Assembly (NCBI GenBank): GCA_964491475.1
Contig: CAZBFO010000003.1
Coordinates: 253,293 to 317,292 of the forward strand
Direction: 5' to 3'
Source: an uncultured Gammaproteobacteria bacterium
GTDB lineage: Bacteria > Patescibacteriota > Patescibacteriia > SG8-24
Length of the DNA: 64,000 bases
Translations under genes and position numbers: made by a program
The notes under the pieces: model-generated
Told to the model about the DNA's origin: nothing
The model's input: only the letters and a program-made list of their open reading frames with translations
Database searches by the model: none
Shown: in pieces, positions 19,016 to 34,000 of the stretch
Numbering within the stretch: position 1 is the first letter of the stretch
Layout: every line of letters starts with the position of its first letter

Positions 19016-22000
19016 ATGCACTTTTGGCGGAACATTTTCCGAAAGCTGCTGTCGCTTGCGATAGGCGTCAGTTTTGTGTTTTTCGGTTTGGCGTCGGCGG
19101 CGAATGCGGCTGTCGGCGTGCCGAAGATTTTGAGCCACCAGGGTCGTCTCCTGGACGCCTCGCAGAACTTGCTCGGCGGTGCGGGCACGAACTACTGTTT
19201 CCGGTTCTCGCTGTACGACGACGCCGCCGTCGGCGGTCCTGACGTCCAGCTGTGGCCGGCCGGTGCGCCGTCGACCATGACGGTCAACGTCAAGAACGGC
19301 GTCTACAACGTCGGCGTCGGTGACGTGGCCGCCGGCGGCGACCTGCTCGACTACGACTTCCAGTCCGGCGATGCCGCCTACCTGAACATCGAGGTGGCCA
19401 ACAGCGTCGCCGGTTCGTGCGTCGGCGTGATCTCGTTCGAGAACCTTTCGCCTCGCCAGCGCGTCATGTCCGCAGGCTACGCCATCAACTCCGACACCGT
19501 CGACGGTTTCCATGCCAAGCAGTCAGCTGACGGCAACTTCATCCCGGCCCTGACCTCCGGCAACCTCATTCTGGGCGCCACCAATCCGCAGATCAACTCC
19601 ACCGGTGCCAACGCGCTGGTCCTCCAGGGCGGCGCCGCGACTGGCGACGTCCAGTTCTTCTCGTCACTGAACAAGCTGACCTCGGCCGGCGACCTGACCG
19701 TGGCCGGTACGGTGACCAACGCCGGCGTGATCATCAACGGCGCGACCACCGACATCAAGACGGGAGCAAACGAGGACTTGGCTCTCGACGCCTCGGGCAC
19801 GGGCAACATCGTCTTCGTGGGCGTGGACTGCTCCGGTTACGCCAACGGCGGCAAGCTGACCACCAACGCTTCGGGCGTGGTCACTTGCGCCAACGACGAC
19901 AGCACGTCTGGCGGCGGCACGGTTACCAGCATCGATGGCAGCGGCGGCACCACCGGTCTTACGTTTAGCGGCGGTCCGGTGACCACTTCGGGCACGCTGA
20001 CGTTGGGCGGCACGCTGGGTGCGGCCAACGGCGGTACCGGTCTGACCTCTTTCACCGTCGGTGACATCCTTTACGCTTCCGGTCCCACGACCTTCTCCAA
20101 GCTTGGCATCGGCTCTGCCGGCCAGGTGTTGAAGGTGGCAGGCGGCATTCCGACCTGGGGTACGGACAACAACACTACTTATACGGCGGGTACCGGCATC
20201 TCCATCAGCCTCGGCAATGTCATCTCGAATACTGGCGTGGTTTCGGAAGCGGACACCTTGGCGACGGTCACCGGCCGCGGCGCGACCACTTCTACGGCTT
20301 CTTCCTTCAACGGCGGCGCTTCGGTGCGCGGTCTGACGGTCGACTCCGCGACCGTCACCAACGATAAGATTTTGGTCAGCATCACCACCGTCGGCGGCGC
20401 CTCTTTCAACGGCACCATTACCAACGCCGACCTTACCGCCGCTCGTACCTACACGCTGCCCGACGTCACCGGCACCTTTATCGTTACGGGATCGGCTGCA
20501 GGCGGCGATTTGACCGGCACCTATCCGAATCCGACCATCGCAGCAGATGCCGTCGCTCTCGGTACCGACACCACGGGCAACTATGTGGCGACCGTTTCGG
20601 GCGGAGGTCCCATTTCCGTGAGCGGTACGGGTGAAGGCGCGGCTGTAACGGTTTCCTGTCCGACCTGTCTGGTTACGGGCGGTTCGCTTTGGACGCTTGC
20701 GGCCTCGGCCGGTTCCGATTCGACCATCTCGCAGGGCGACACCGCGACCTTCGCTGCGGGTTCCAGCAAGGTGACCACGACGAACGACGGCGCCGGCACC
20801 GTCTCTATCGACGTGGCCGAGGCCAATTTGAACTTGAACAACATCGGCGGCAGCCTCGACCTCTCCACCCAGACCACCGGCACCATCAGCCTGACCACCC
20901 AGGTGACCGGCGTCCTGCCTATCGCCAATGGCGGCACCAACGGCTCGTCGTTCACCACCAACACGCTGACGTACTTCGACGGCACGTCGATCGTTTCTAC
21001 CGGCATCAACCCGTCGAGCGTGGTGACCACCACTAACGTCAGCTCCAATGCCGTCACCTCGGTGACCGCGGGCAATGGCCTCACGGGCGGCGGCGGACCG
21101 GGCGCGATCACCGTCCATGTCGGCGCGGGCAACGGCATCGCCGTGGCAGCCAACGACGTCTCGGTTGCCGTCACTTCCAGCGGGACCACCGCCACGACCT
21201 CGTCGAACTCCGGCATCGAGTCCACCTCCACGGGCATCCGCCTGCTGGGCGGCTGCACTGGCGGTGAGATTCTGAAGTGGAACTCCGGCACGAGCACTTG
21301 GGACTGCTCTGCGGATTCGACTGCCGGTACGCTGACCGCACGCGAAACTGACGGCTCGCCGTCACTGGCAGCCACTACTATAGAGTTTGGCCCCACCAGC
21401 AGCTCCGATGATGAATTCGTCGTCACCAATGAGGGTTCCGGCGTCGCCCGCGTGCGCACGGGCACCAAGATCCCGCGCACTGACGTCGCGGCGACAGTCA
21501 CCGGCGGCTGGACTTTCAATTCGGCAACCTCCTTTACCTCGACCGTCGACGCTTCCGGTGCGACCTTCCTCGGCGCCACGCCCCTCATCTTTGAGGGCGG
21601 CACTGTCGACGCGTTCAAGACCGCCTTCAACATCACCGATCCGACTGCATCCAACACCATCACTTTCCCTGACGCTTCCGGTACGGTGGCCGTTTCGGCT
21701 TCGGGTCCGATTTCTTTGAGCGCGGCAGGCAACATCTCCTGTCCGACCTGTCTGGTGAGCGGCAGTTCGTTGTGGACCTCTGCCGGTGACGTCGGTTCGT
21801 TTGCGGTTTCGCAGGGCGGCACCGCCACGTTCGCAGGCGGCCTCGGCATCGACACTTCCGCAGCCGGTTCTACGGTGACCATTGCGGTAGATGAATCCGC
21901 CCTCGACCTCGCCAACATCGGCGGGTTCCTGGACCTTTCGACCCAGACCACCGGCACCATCAGCCTGACCACCCAGGTCTCGGGCGTCCTCCCGATCGCC

Positions 22001-25000
22001 AACGGCGGCACCAACAACACTTCCTTCACTGCCAACCGGCTGACGTACTTCGACGGCACCAAGATCGCCTCGACCTCGATCGATCCGGCCAACGTGCTCG
22101 TCTCTGGCGGCAGCCTGTACACTTTGGCCGCCACCAGCGGTTCGAACTCCACCATCAGCCAGGGAGGCACGGCGACCATCGCTGCGGGTACCGACATCAG
22201 CACGACGGGCAACGGCAGCGGCACCGTCACGATTGCTGACACCTCGACGCTCTCGAGCGTAACCGGCCGCGGTGCCTCGACCTCGACCGCCGTCTCCCTG
22301 AACGGCGGCGCCACGGTCCGCGGCCTGACGGTCGACTCGGCCACGGCCACCGAGGACCGCATCCTCACGAGCATCGCCGCCACCGGAGCGGCCCGCTTCG
22401 ACGGCACGATCACCAACGCCGACCTGACCGCAGCCCGCACCTGGACGCTCCCGAACGCCAGCGGCACCTTCGCGGTGTCGGCTTCCGCGCCCATCTCGCT
22501 CTCGGCGGCGGGCAACGTCTCCTGCCCGACCTGCCTCACTTCCGGCAGCACCGTGTTCACCCTCGCCGCCACCTCCGGCAGCAGCCAGGCGCTCGCCTCC
22601 GGCGACACCATCACCATCGCGGCCGGCTCCAACGTTACCACCACGGCCGGAGCGACCGACACCGTCACCGTCGCGGTCGTCAGCAACCCCACCTTCACCA
22701 CGGTGACCGCCACCGACGTCGACAACGCCGCCACGTTGAACCTCGGGGCCAGCTCGACCACCGTCAACATCGGCAATCCCTCTTCCACCACCAACATTTA
22801 CGGCACGCTCTCGCTCGCCGGCGACTTCGCGCCGTCGGTCGACAACACCTACGAGCTCGGCACCGCCAGTCTCCGCTGGAAGGACGTCTGGGTCGGACCC
22901 GGCTCGTACAAGCTGTCCTCGACCGCCGGAAACTCCGGTTCGGGCACGGACTACACGCTTGGCAGCCTGTCGTTCAGCGGTACCGACTTGGTGCTCAAGT
23001 CTGACGTCGTCGGTTTGGGTACGCAAGGCTCGCTCCGTCTCACCACGGCCAGCAACTACGGTGTCGTCGTCGGTCCTTCTGGCGAGGTGTCGGTCGGTTT
23101 CGGCGGCAGCAACCTCGGTGCGGGCATCGTCCACACCGACGCTTTCGGCGTGCTCTCAAGCTCGGCGCTCGACCTTACCGCTGAAGTTGGCACCAGCGTC
23201 CTGCCGATCGCCAACGGCGGCACCAACAACACTTCCTTCACGGCCAACCGCCTGACCTACTTTGACGGCACCAAGATCGCTTCGACGACCATTAATCCGG
23301 CCAACGTCTTGCTCTCCGGCGGAAGCCTGTTCACTGCTGCAGCGACATCGGGCTCCAATTCGACCATCTTGCAGGGCGGCACGCTGACGCTCGCCGCAGG
23401 CACCGACATCAGCACGACGGGCAGCGGCTCGGGTACGGTCACGGTCGCCGACACCTCGACCCTGGCCAGCGTCACCGGCCGCGGCGCGACCACTTCCACT
23501 GCCATTACCCTGACTGGCGGCGCGACCATTTCGGGCGGCGTCGACCTTAGCAGCGCCATCTTGGCCGGCACCAACCCATTGGTGTTCGATGGCACTACCG
23601 TCGATGCCAACACGACCGCGCTGTCGTTCGTGGATCCGACCGGCACCAACGTCATCACCTTCCCTGACGCCTCCGGTTACGTGCTGCTTTCGGGCGGAAA
23701 TCTGTTCACGCTGGCCGGTTCCTCTGGCAGCAACTCCACCATCAATCAGGGCGGCACCGCGACCGTCGCCGGTGCTTCCGGCCGCGTTTCCGCCACCGGT
23801 AACGGCAGCGGCACCGTTACCATCGACGTCATCGAGTCCGGTTTGAGCTTGGCCAGCATGGGCGGGTCGCTCGATCTGACCACCCAGGTCTCGGGCGTCC
23901 TGCCGATTGCCAACGGCGGCAGCAACAGCTCCGGTCCGTTCGTCACCGGTGAGCTGCTTTCCTTTGACGGGTCATCGTTCGTCTCCTCGGGCATTTCTGC
24001 GGCCAGCGTCGTCACCTCCGGCACGGCGGCCGGCGGCGACCTTACGGGCTTCTACCCGAACCCGACGGTTGCCGCGAATGCCGTCGCTCTCGGCACGGAC
24101 ACCACCGGTAACTACGTCGCCACCGTTGCCGGTTCCGGCCCGATTTCCGTCGCCGGCTCCGGCGGTGAGAGCGCCAACGTGACCGTTTCCTGCCCGACCT
24201 GCGTCACCACCTCCAGCAGCAACGTTTGGACGCTGTCCGGATCCACCGGTACTTCGACGGCCATCGGCTACGGCGACACCGCCACGGTCGCGGCCGGCTC
24301 CTCCAAGGTCTCTTCGGTCGGCGACGGTGCCGGATCGGTAGCCATCGACGTCGTCGAGGCCAACTTGAACCTCAACAACATCGGCGGCTCGCTGGACCTC
24401 TCCACCCAGACCACCGGCCAGATCGACCTGACCACCCAGGTTACCGGTGTGCTTCCGATTGCCAACGGCGGTACCAATAACACCGGTTTCACCACCAACC
24501 GCCTGGTGTACTTCGACGGTTCGCAGCTGACCTCTACCTCCATCAATCCCACCGATGTCCTTCTGTCCGGCGGCAGCCTCTTCTCAACGGCCGGCAATTC
24601 TGGCACCTCGACCATCTCGCAGGGCGGCACGCTCTCGATTCTCGGCGGCACCGACGTCACTACCACCGACGACGGTTCCGGCAACATCACCGTCGATGAC
24701 ACCTCGACCCTGGCTAGCGTCACCGGCCGCGGCTCGTCGACTTCGACCGCCGTCTCCCTGAACGGCGGCGCCTCGGTCCGCGGACTGACGGTCGACGACG
24801 TCACCGCCACGCACGACCGCATCCTGACCAGCATCGCCGCCACCGGAGCGGTCCGCTTCGACGGCACGATCACCAACGCCGACCTGACCGCAGCCCGCAC
24901 CTGGACGCTCCCGAACGCCAGCGGCACCTTCGCGGTGTCCGCCAGCGCTCCCATCTCGCTCTCGGCAGCCGGCAACATTTCCTGCAGCACCTGTCTCGTC

Positions 25001-28000
25001 TCCGGCGGCAGCCTCTTCAGCAGCCTCGGCGACACCGGTACTTCGTCCATTTCGCAGGGCGGCTCGCTGAAGATCGCCGGCGGCAGCAACATCACCACGT
25101 CCGACAACGGTGCTGGCATCATCACCGTGGCCACGTCGGCGAATCCGAGCTTCACCTCGGTCACTTCCGACACCTTCGACAGCTCCAGCACCACCCTGAA
25201 CCTCGGCCCGACCAACGCCACCACCATCAACATCGGCAACGGCGGATCGACCACCAACATCTTCGGCACGTTGGTGCTCGACGGCGGCTTCAACCCCGCA
25301 GTCGACAACACCTATGACCTCGGTTCCCCGGCGCTTCGCTGGAAGACCGTGTACGTCGGTCCCGGCTCGTATCATCTGACCTCGACCACCGGCACTTCCG
25401 GTTCCGGTGCCAACTACACCGACGGCTCGCTGGCGTTCGGAGGAACCAACCTGAAGCTCGCTACCGCCGCGGTCGGCACCGGCGCGATCGGTTCGTTGCA
25501 GCTCACGACCGGCAGCAACGCCGGGGTGAACGTCGACTCCACGGGCAAGGTCGGCGTCGGTACCGCCTCTCCGACTGCTCTCCTGTCCGTCGGTTCCGCC
25601 TCCGACTTCACCGTTGACAACTCCGGTAACGTCACCGCCTCTGGCGACGCGGCAGTGAACGGCGGCAATCTCACCACGACCGCCTCGACCGGCAATCTTT
25701 TCAGCACCAATGCGACCACCGTCAACCTCGGTGACGCCGCCGATACCGTGAACCTCGCGGGCGGCAGCGGCTCGACCGGTTGTACCATCGATCTCAACGG
25801 TAACTTCAGCTGCACGGGTTCGGTTACCGGCGGCGGCACCGTCGGCGGTTCCGGAGCGCAGTACCACACTGCGGTCTGGGCATCCGCCAACACCCTTGCC
25901 GACGTAGGTCCCGGCACTGCGGGTCAGCTGCTGATTTCCCAGGGCGGTTCGGCCTATCCGGCCTACACCACGGTATCCGGCGACGCGACCATTAACGGAT
26001 CCGGCGTGCTCACCATTTCCGCGAATGCCGTCGCCCTCGGCACCGACACCACCGGCAACTACGTTGCCAGCGTGTCCGCCACCGGGCCGATCTCGATTTC
26101 TGGCACGCCCGGCGAAGGTTGGACTCCCAACGTCTCCTGCCCGACCTGCGTGACCACCAGCAGCACCGGCGTCTGGACCCTGTCCGGCTCCACCGGCTCC
26201 AGCACCTCCATCAACTACGGCGACACCGCCACCGTCGCGGCCGGCTCCTCCAAGGTCTCCGCCGTCGGTAGCGGCACCGGATCGGTGGCCATCGACGTCG
26301 TCGAGGCCAACCTGAACCTCAACAGCATCGGCGGCTCGCTCGACCTGTCGACGCAGACCACCGGTTTCCTTAGCCTCACCACCCAGGTCACCGGCGTCCT
26401 GCCGATCGCCAACGGCGGCACCAACAACACTTCCTTCACGACCAACCGGCTGACGTACTTCGACGGCACCAAGATCGCGTCTACCGCCATCGATCCTTCG
26501 ACGGTGCTGGTTTCCGGCAGCGCGCTGTTCAACTCTGCCGGCGACACGGGCACGTCGAGCGTTTCGCAGGGCGATACGCTTACCTTTGTGGGCGGCACCG
26601 ACGTTTCGACTGCGGATGACGGCGCGCGCAACGTCACCATCAACGACATCTCGACGCTCGCCACGGTCACCGGCCGCGGCGCGACCACTTCTACGGCCGT
26701 CACGTTGACCGGCGGCGCCACCGTCCGCGGCCTGACGGTCGACTCCTCGACGGCCACCAACGACAAGATACTCACCTCCATCACCACTGTCGGCGCAGCG
26801 TCGTTCAATGGCACGATCACCAACGCCGACCTGACCGCCGCCCGCACCTGGACGCTCCCGAACGCGAGCGGCACCTTCGCGGTGTCGGCCTCGGCGCCGA
26901 TCTCGCTCTCGGCCGCGGGCAACATCAGCTGTTCGACCTGCGTCACGACCGGCGGATCGCTGTTCACGCTGGCGGGCTCGACGGGCAGCAACTCGACCAT
27001 CAGCCAGGGCGGCACGGCCACGATCGCCGCGGGCTCGAGCAAGGTGACCGCCGCGGGCAACGGCACGGGCACCGTCTCGATTGACGTCGTCGAGGCCAAC
27101 CTGAACCTCAACAACATCGGCGGCTCGCTCGACCTTTCTACCCAGACCACCGGCACCATCGACCTGACCACCCAGGTCTCGGGCGTCCTCCCGATCGCCA
27201 ACGGCGGCTCCAATGCCGACGGCACCGGCTACACCGCCAACCGCCTCCTGGCCTTCGATGGCACCAGCTTCGTGACCACTTCCATCAACCCCGCCAACGT
27301 CCTGCTCTCCGGCGGCAGCCTCTTCACCAGCCAGGGCGACAGCGGCAGCTCGACCATCAGCCAGGGCGGCACGCTCAAGGTGGCCGGCGGTACTGACGTC
27401 ACGACCTCCGACAGCGGTTCCGGCGTGATTACGGTCAACGACTCTTCGACCCTGGCCAGCGTGACCGGCCGCGGCGCGTCGACCTCCACCGCCTCGTCCT
27501 TCAACGGCGGCGCCACAGTCCGCGGCCTGACGGTCGACTCCGCCACGGCCACCGAGGACCGCATCCTGACAAGCGTCGCCGCCACCGGCGCCGCCCGCTT
27601 CGACGGCACCATCACCAACGCCGACCTGACCGCAGCCCGCACCTGGACGCTCCCGAACGCCAGCGGCACCTTCGCGGTGTCGGCCAGCGCTCCCATTGCG
27701 CTCTCGGCCGCCGGCAACATCAGCTGTTCGACCTGCGTCACCACCGCCACCACGCTCTTCAACTTCGCAGGTACCTCCGGCTCGGCCTCGACCATCACCT
27801 CGGGCGGCACCGCCACCGTCACCGCCGGCACCAACATGACCACCACCGGCAGCGGCGGCTCGGGTTCCGGCGCCGTCACCGTCGCGGTCGTCGCCAACCC
27901 CAGTTTCACCTCGGTCACCTCCGACACCTTCGACAGCTCTTCGACCACCCTGAACCTCGGCCCGACCAACGCCACCACCATCAACATCGGCAACGGCGGA

Positions 28001-31000
28001 TCGACCACCAACATCTACGGCACCCTCTCTCTTGCCGGCGACTTCAGCCCGTCGGTCGACAATACCTACGAGCTCGGCGCCGAGCAGCTCCGCTGGAAGG
28101 ACGTCTGGGTCGGACCCGGCTCGTACAAGCTGTCCTCGACCACCGGCACCTCCGGCTCCGGCACGGACTACACCCTCGGCAGCCTGTCGTTCGGCGGCAC
28201 CAACATGGTCCTGAAGACCGAGGCGGTCGGCGCGGGCGTAACCGGCAGCGTCCAGGTCACCACCGGTTCCAACGTCGGCCTGAACGTCGACTCGACCGGC
28301 AAGGTCGGCATCAACACCGCTTCTCCGTCGGCCGCCTTCGCTGTCGGCACTGGTTCGCCGTTCACCGTCGACAACTCCGGCAACGTCATCACTTCGGGCA
28401 ACGCCACCGTCAACGGTGACACCGCGCTCGGCGACGCCGCAACCGACGGCATCACCCTAACCGGCGAGGTTCGCGGCGCCAGCCCGATTCGCTTCGAGGG
28501 CGCCACCAACGACAACACCTACACGACTATCGCCGTGGTCGATCCGACCGCCTCGCGCACCATCAATCTGCCCAATGCCAGCGGCACCTTCGCCGTGTCG
28601 GCCAGCGCCCCGTTGTCTTTGAGCGCGGCCGGCAACCTGACCTGCAGCACCTGCGTCACCACCAGCAGCACCGGCGTCTGGACCCTGGCCGGCTCCACCG
28701 GCTCCAGCACCTCCATCAACTACGGCGACACCGCCACCGTCGCGGCCGGATCCTCCAAGGTCTCCGCGGTCGGCAGCGGCTCCGGATCGGTGGCCATCGA
28801 CGTCGTCGAGGCCAACCTGAACCTCGCCAACATCGGCGGCTCGCTTGACCTGACCACCCAGGTCACGGGTGTGCTTCCGATCGCCAACGGCGGCACCAAC
28901 AACACTTCCTTCACGACCAACCGGCTGACGTACTTCGACGGCACGTCCATCGCTTCGACGACCATCAATCCCTCGAACGTCCTGCTTTCCGGCGGCAGCC
29001 TCTTCACCGCCGCAGCCACGTCGGGCTCGAGCTCGACCATCTCGCAGGGCGGCACGCTGACCCTTGCGGCTGGCACCGACATTTCCACGACCGGCAACGG
29101 CTCCGGAACCGTCACTGTCGCCGACACCTCGACGCTTGCCACGGTCACCGGCCGCGGCGCAACCACTTCCACTGCGGTCTCGCTGACCGGAGGCGCCACC
29201 GTTCGCGGCGAGACTATCGACACCGCCACCGCAACTGACGACCTTATCGCGGTTTCCGTGACGGCCGGCGGCGCGGCCCGCTTTACCGGCACCGTCACCA
29301 ACGCCGACCTGACCGCCGCCCGCACCTGGACGCTCCCGAACGCCAGCGGCACCTTCGCGGTGTCGGCCAGCGCGCCGATCACCTTGAGTGCGGCAGGCGA
29401 TATCGGCTGTTCGACCTGCCTTACCACCGGCAGCAACATCTTCACGCTGGCCGGCACCTCTGGCTCGAATCAGACGCTTACCAACGGCGACACCATCACC
29501 ATCGCTGCGGGTACCAACATCACCACCACCGGCGGCGCCACCGACACCGTCACCGTGGCCACCGTCGCCAACCCGACCTTCAGCACCTCGGTAACCACGC
29601 CCTCGGTCGATAACGGCGCCTCTGGCATTACCATCGGTTCTGGATCGGGTACCACGACCATCACTTCGTCCAACTGGGGCGTGAGCTCGGCCGGCGCGAT
29701 TTCCGGCCTGACGGGCATCTCCAGCTCCGGCACCGTCACCCTCACCGGCCTGACCGCCAGCCGCTTCGTGACCACCGACGGCTCCTCGAACCTCACGACC
29801 TCGCAGAACTCCGCCGCCCTCTCCGCGACCCTCACCGACGAGACCGGCTCCGGCGCGGCCGTCTTCGGCACCAGCCCGGCCATCACCACCAGCCTGACCA
29901 CCGGATCGGCCAGCTTCGACCTCCTGAACGCCACGGCCACCACCGTCAACTTCGCCGGCGCGGCCACCACGCTGGCCATCGGCGCCGCGACCGGCACCGC
30001 CACCGTCAACAACGCCACGGTGACCCTCGCCAACGCCACCACCGTCAACGTCAACGGCGCCTCGCCGAGCATCGTCACCAGCTCGGCCGGCACCGCCAGC
30101 GTCTTCAACACCAACGCCACCACGCTCAACATGGGCGGCGCGGCCACCACCGTGGCGATCGGCGTCGCGGGAGCCTCCGGCACCATGAACCTCATGGGCG
30201 GCTCCGGCTCCACCGGCTGCACCGTCGACGGCTCCAACGGCAACTTGGCCTGCAGCGGCACAATCACCAGCACCGCCACCTCCGGCAACATCGGCTGGTG
30301 GAACCGCACCGGCACGACCCTTTCGCCCAGCAACTCGGGCGACAACGTCACCACCAGCGGCAACGTCAGCACGACCGGCTCCGGCACCATCACCTCGGCA
30401 GCCTTGCTGACCGCCTCCAACGGCTTCACCCAGACCACCGGCGCAACCAACGTCACCGGCACCTCCGGCTCGATCGCGCTGACCGGCTTCGGTTCCACCT
30501 CCATCACTTCCACCAACAGCGGCAGCAACGCCTTCAGCCTGTCCGACTCCGCGCTCACGACCGCCTCGCTGGCTTCGCTCACGTCGACCAACAACTCGGC
30601 CGCGAATACCGCCTGGTCCGCGGACGTCTTCAACGTCACCAACGCGCAGGGCACCACGGCCGTCAGCACCGGCAGCATCGCCGGCGTCGACGTCCAGTTC
30701 ACGCAAGGCACGACCGTTGCCGGCAACAACGACACCGCGCTGCGCGTGAACCTGGCGCAGAACAATTCGTCGTCGACTGACGCGACCTTGAGCTCGCTGG
30801 TCTCGCTGGCCAACAACGACACCGCCACCGGCAACCAGATCACCGTCACCGACGGCCTGAACATCGCCGGGGCCAACGTCACCAACGGCATCAACCTGTC
30901 GGGCACCTTCGGCACCAACCTGATCACCAGCTCCAACTTCAGCGTGACCCAGGCCGGCCTCGTCACCACCGCCGACGACATCGCCGTGAACGGCGCCGAC

Positions 31001-34000
31001 GTCACCACCACTTCCTCCGGCACCGCCACGCTCTTCAACACCAACGCCACCACGCTGAACGCGGGCGGCGCGGCCACCACGGTCAATGTCGGCATCGCCG
31101 GAGCCAGCGGCACCATGGCCCTGATGGGCGGCTCCGGCTCCACCGGCTGCACCGTCGACGGATCGAACGGCAACTTCACTTGCTCCGGCACAATCACCAG
31201 CACCGCCACCTCCGGCAACCTCGGCTGGTGGAACCGCACGGGCACGACGCTCTCGCCGGTCAACGCCGGCGACAACGTCACCACCACAGGCAACGTCAGC
31301 ACGACCAGCTCGGGCACTATCACTTCGGCCGGTACTTTGACGGCCAGCAACGGCTTCACCCAGACCACCGGAGCCACCAGCGTCACCGGCACCTCCGGCT
31401 CGATCGCGCTCACCGGCTTCGGTTCCACCGCGATCACCAGCACCACCGCCACGGGCAACGTCTTCAACCTTGCTGACACCAGCCTGACCACCGGCACCGG
31501 CTTCCGCTCGGCCACCACCAGCACCGCCACCACCAATACGGCCTTCTCGGCCAACGTCTTCGCGGCCACCTTCGCCCAGGCGACGGCAGCCAACACCTCC
31601 GGCGTCAACGGCCTCGACGTGCAGTGGACCCAGAACCCGACCGTCGCCGGCAACACCAATGAGTCGATGCTGCGCCTGCAGAACCAGCTCGTGAACAGCA
31701 CCACCGACACCAGCGTGGCCAACGGCCTGCTGATCGACAACGCAGACACTTCGGCCACCGGTTCGACGGCCATCACCAACGCCATCAACATCTCCCAGTC
31801 CGGCGGCCTCGCCACGACCGCGGCGTACACCAACTACCTGAACGCCACCAACTGGTCGGTGACCAGCGCGGGCGCGGAGACGCTCGCCTCCGACCTGGCG
31901 GTGAACGGCGGCAACCTCACCTCGTCCGCCACCACCTTCAACCTGCTCAACTCGGGCGTCACCACGCTGAACGAGGGCGGCGCTGCCACCACCGTGGCGA
32001 TCGGCATCGCGGGAGCTTCCGGCACCATGGACCTGATGGGCGGCAGCGGCAGCACCGGCTGCACGATCAACGGCTCCAACGGCAACCTGACCTGCAGCGG
32101 CACCATTTCCGGCACTTTCGCCGTGAAGTGGAGCGACCTGCAGAACCCGACGGCCAACGAGTCGCTGGCGATGGGCGCCAACACTTCGACCTTCACCTAT
32201 AACGCCACCACCGGCGCCGGCGTCAACCTCTACACCCTGGTCGACACCGCCTCGAACACCGGCACCGGCTACATCCTGTCGGCAGAAACGGCGGCCAGCT
32301 CGGCGGCCAAGCCGTTCCGGGTCGTCGCTCGCGCCAACACCATCATCGACACCACCTCCACCGGAGGCGTGACCATCGGTAACGCCACCGCAGCGCAGGC
32401 CGTGACCGTCGACGCGGGCACTGCCACGCTCAACTTCGGCAACTCCAACAACGCCAGGGCCATCAACATCGGCACCGGCACCGCCGTGGACACCATCCAC
32501 ATCGGCGACGGCGGCACGGGCGCCGACGTCATCACCATCGGTTCGAACGTCGCCGGACAGACTTTGGCGCTCGACGCCGGCACCGGCGCCGCGGCCATCA
32601 CCATCGGCAACAGCGCCACCGCCCATGGCATCCAGATCGGCACCGGCGCTGCCGTCCAGACCATCTCGATCGGCTCGACCAATTCGACCTCGGCCACCAC
32701 CGTCAGCGCCGGATCGGGCAACTTGGCCCTGACCGCCACCTCCGGCGGCGTCAACCTGTCGACGACCACCAGCGGCACCATCAACTTCCAGCCGCTCGGC
32801 TCGGGCACCACCGGCATCGTTCAGGTGGGCGCGGGCGGCGCAGGTTCCACCACGCCTGACCTCCTGGCTGTCGACGTGAAGTCGAACGCCGGCGACCCGG
32901 CCACCACCCAGAACGGCTACATGTACTACAACGGCAGCACCAACAAGTTCCGCTGCTACGAGAACGGCGCCTGGAAGGACTGCGACACCAACACCGGTTC
33001 CGCGCCGCGCCTCGACCAGATCATCGCCGCGACCGCCGCCAACACCATCGCCAACGCCAACTTCGCCCAGACTTGGAACTGGGGCACGCTCACGACCCAG
33101 ACCGCCATGACCTTCGGCGGCGGCTCGGCCATGACCACGGGCTCGGTGTTCAACTTGAGCGGCGGCACCTACGTTCACACCGGCACTGTCACCGAGACCG
33201 GCAGCTTGGCCACCTTGAACGTGACCGACTCTTCCTCAAATACGGGCGGCAACCCGGTGACCAACGGCCTGCTGATCACGCCGACGTTCAGCACTACTGC
33301 CAGCGCCGGCACCAAGGTGCTTAACGGCCTCAAGGTCGATCCGACCCTGACCTCCTGCGGTACCACCGCTGGCACCTGCACCTTGAGCGACATCGTGGCC
33401 AACACGCCGGCGCTGACGCAGACCACCACCAACACGATGAACATCAACGCCCTGCAGCTGCCGACGGCGGGCGCGCTGGTGCAGAACACGGCGGCCGGCA
33501 CCATCAACTGGAACGGCCTGACCATGCAGATGCCGAACATCACCCAGACCACCGGCACGGTCACCTCGACCGGCGTGAAGGTCACTGGCGGCACGGTCAC
33601 CTCCGGCACCTCGTATGCCTTCGTTTCGGACAGCAACGCCGGCAACGTAGGCGTCGGCACGCTTACGCCGACGCGCACTTTGGACGTGAACGGCAACATG
33701 GGCGGCAGTTCCGTCACTAGCGCCCAATCGCTGACCAGCACGCAGACGGTGACCGTCTCGACCAAGGCGGTGGCCTTCTACCTGTCCGAAGACTCCACCA
33801 CCACGAACTCCGACGTCGACATCACCTTCAATCTGACCGGCCTGCCCGACGTGGACGGCACCTACGCCTTCTTCTACCTGTCGGCCAAGAAGGGCGTGAC
33901 CACCAACGCGCACCTCACCACCGTCGATGTCAGCATCAACGGCAACGCCATCACCAACGCCCTGGTGAAGAGCTCCACCGCGACCGTCGCCTCGACCATC

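Noticed and set aside
19016-32100. Possible CRISPR array suggested by abundant repeats.
   Set aside because: The repeats are long (hundreds of bp), irregularly spaced, in-frame coding modules of one protein. There are no short ~30-bp direct repeats with unique spacers and no cas genes in the window.
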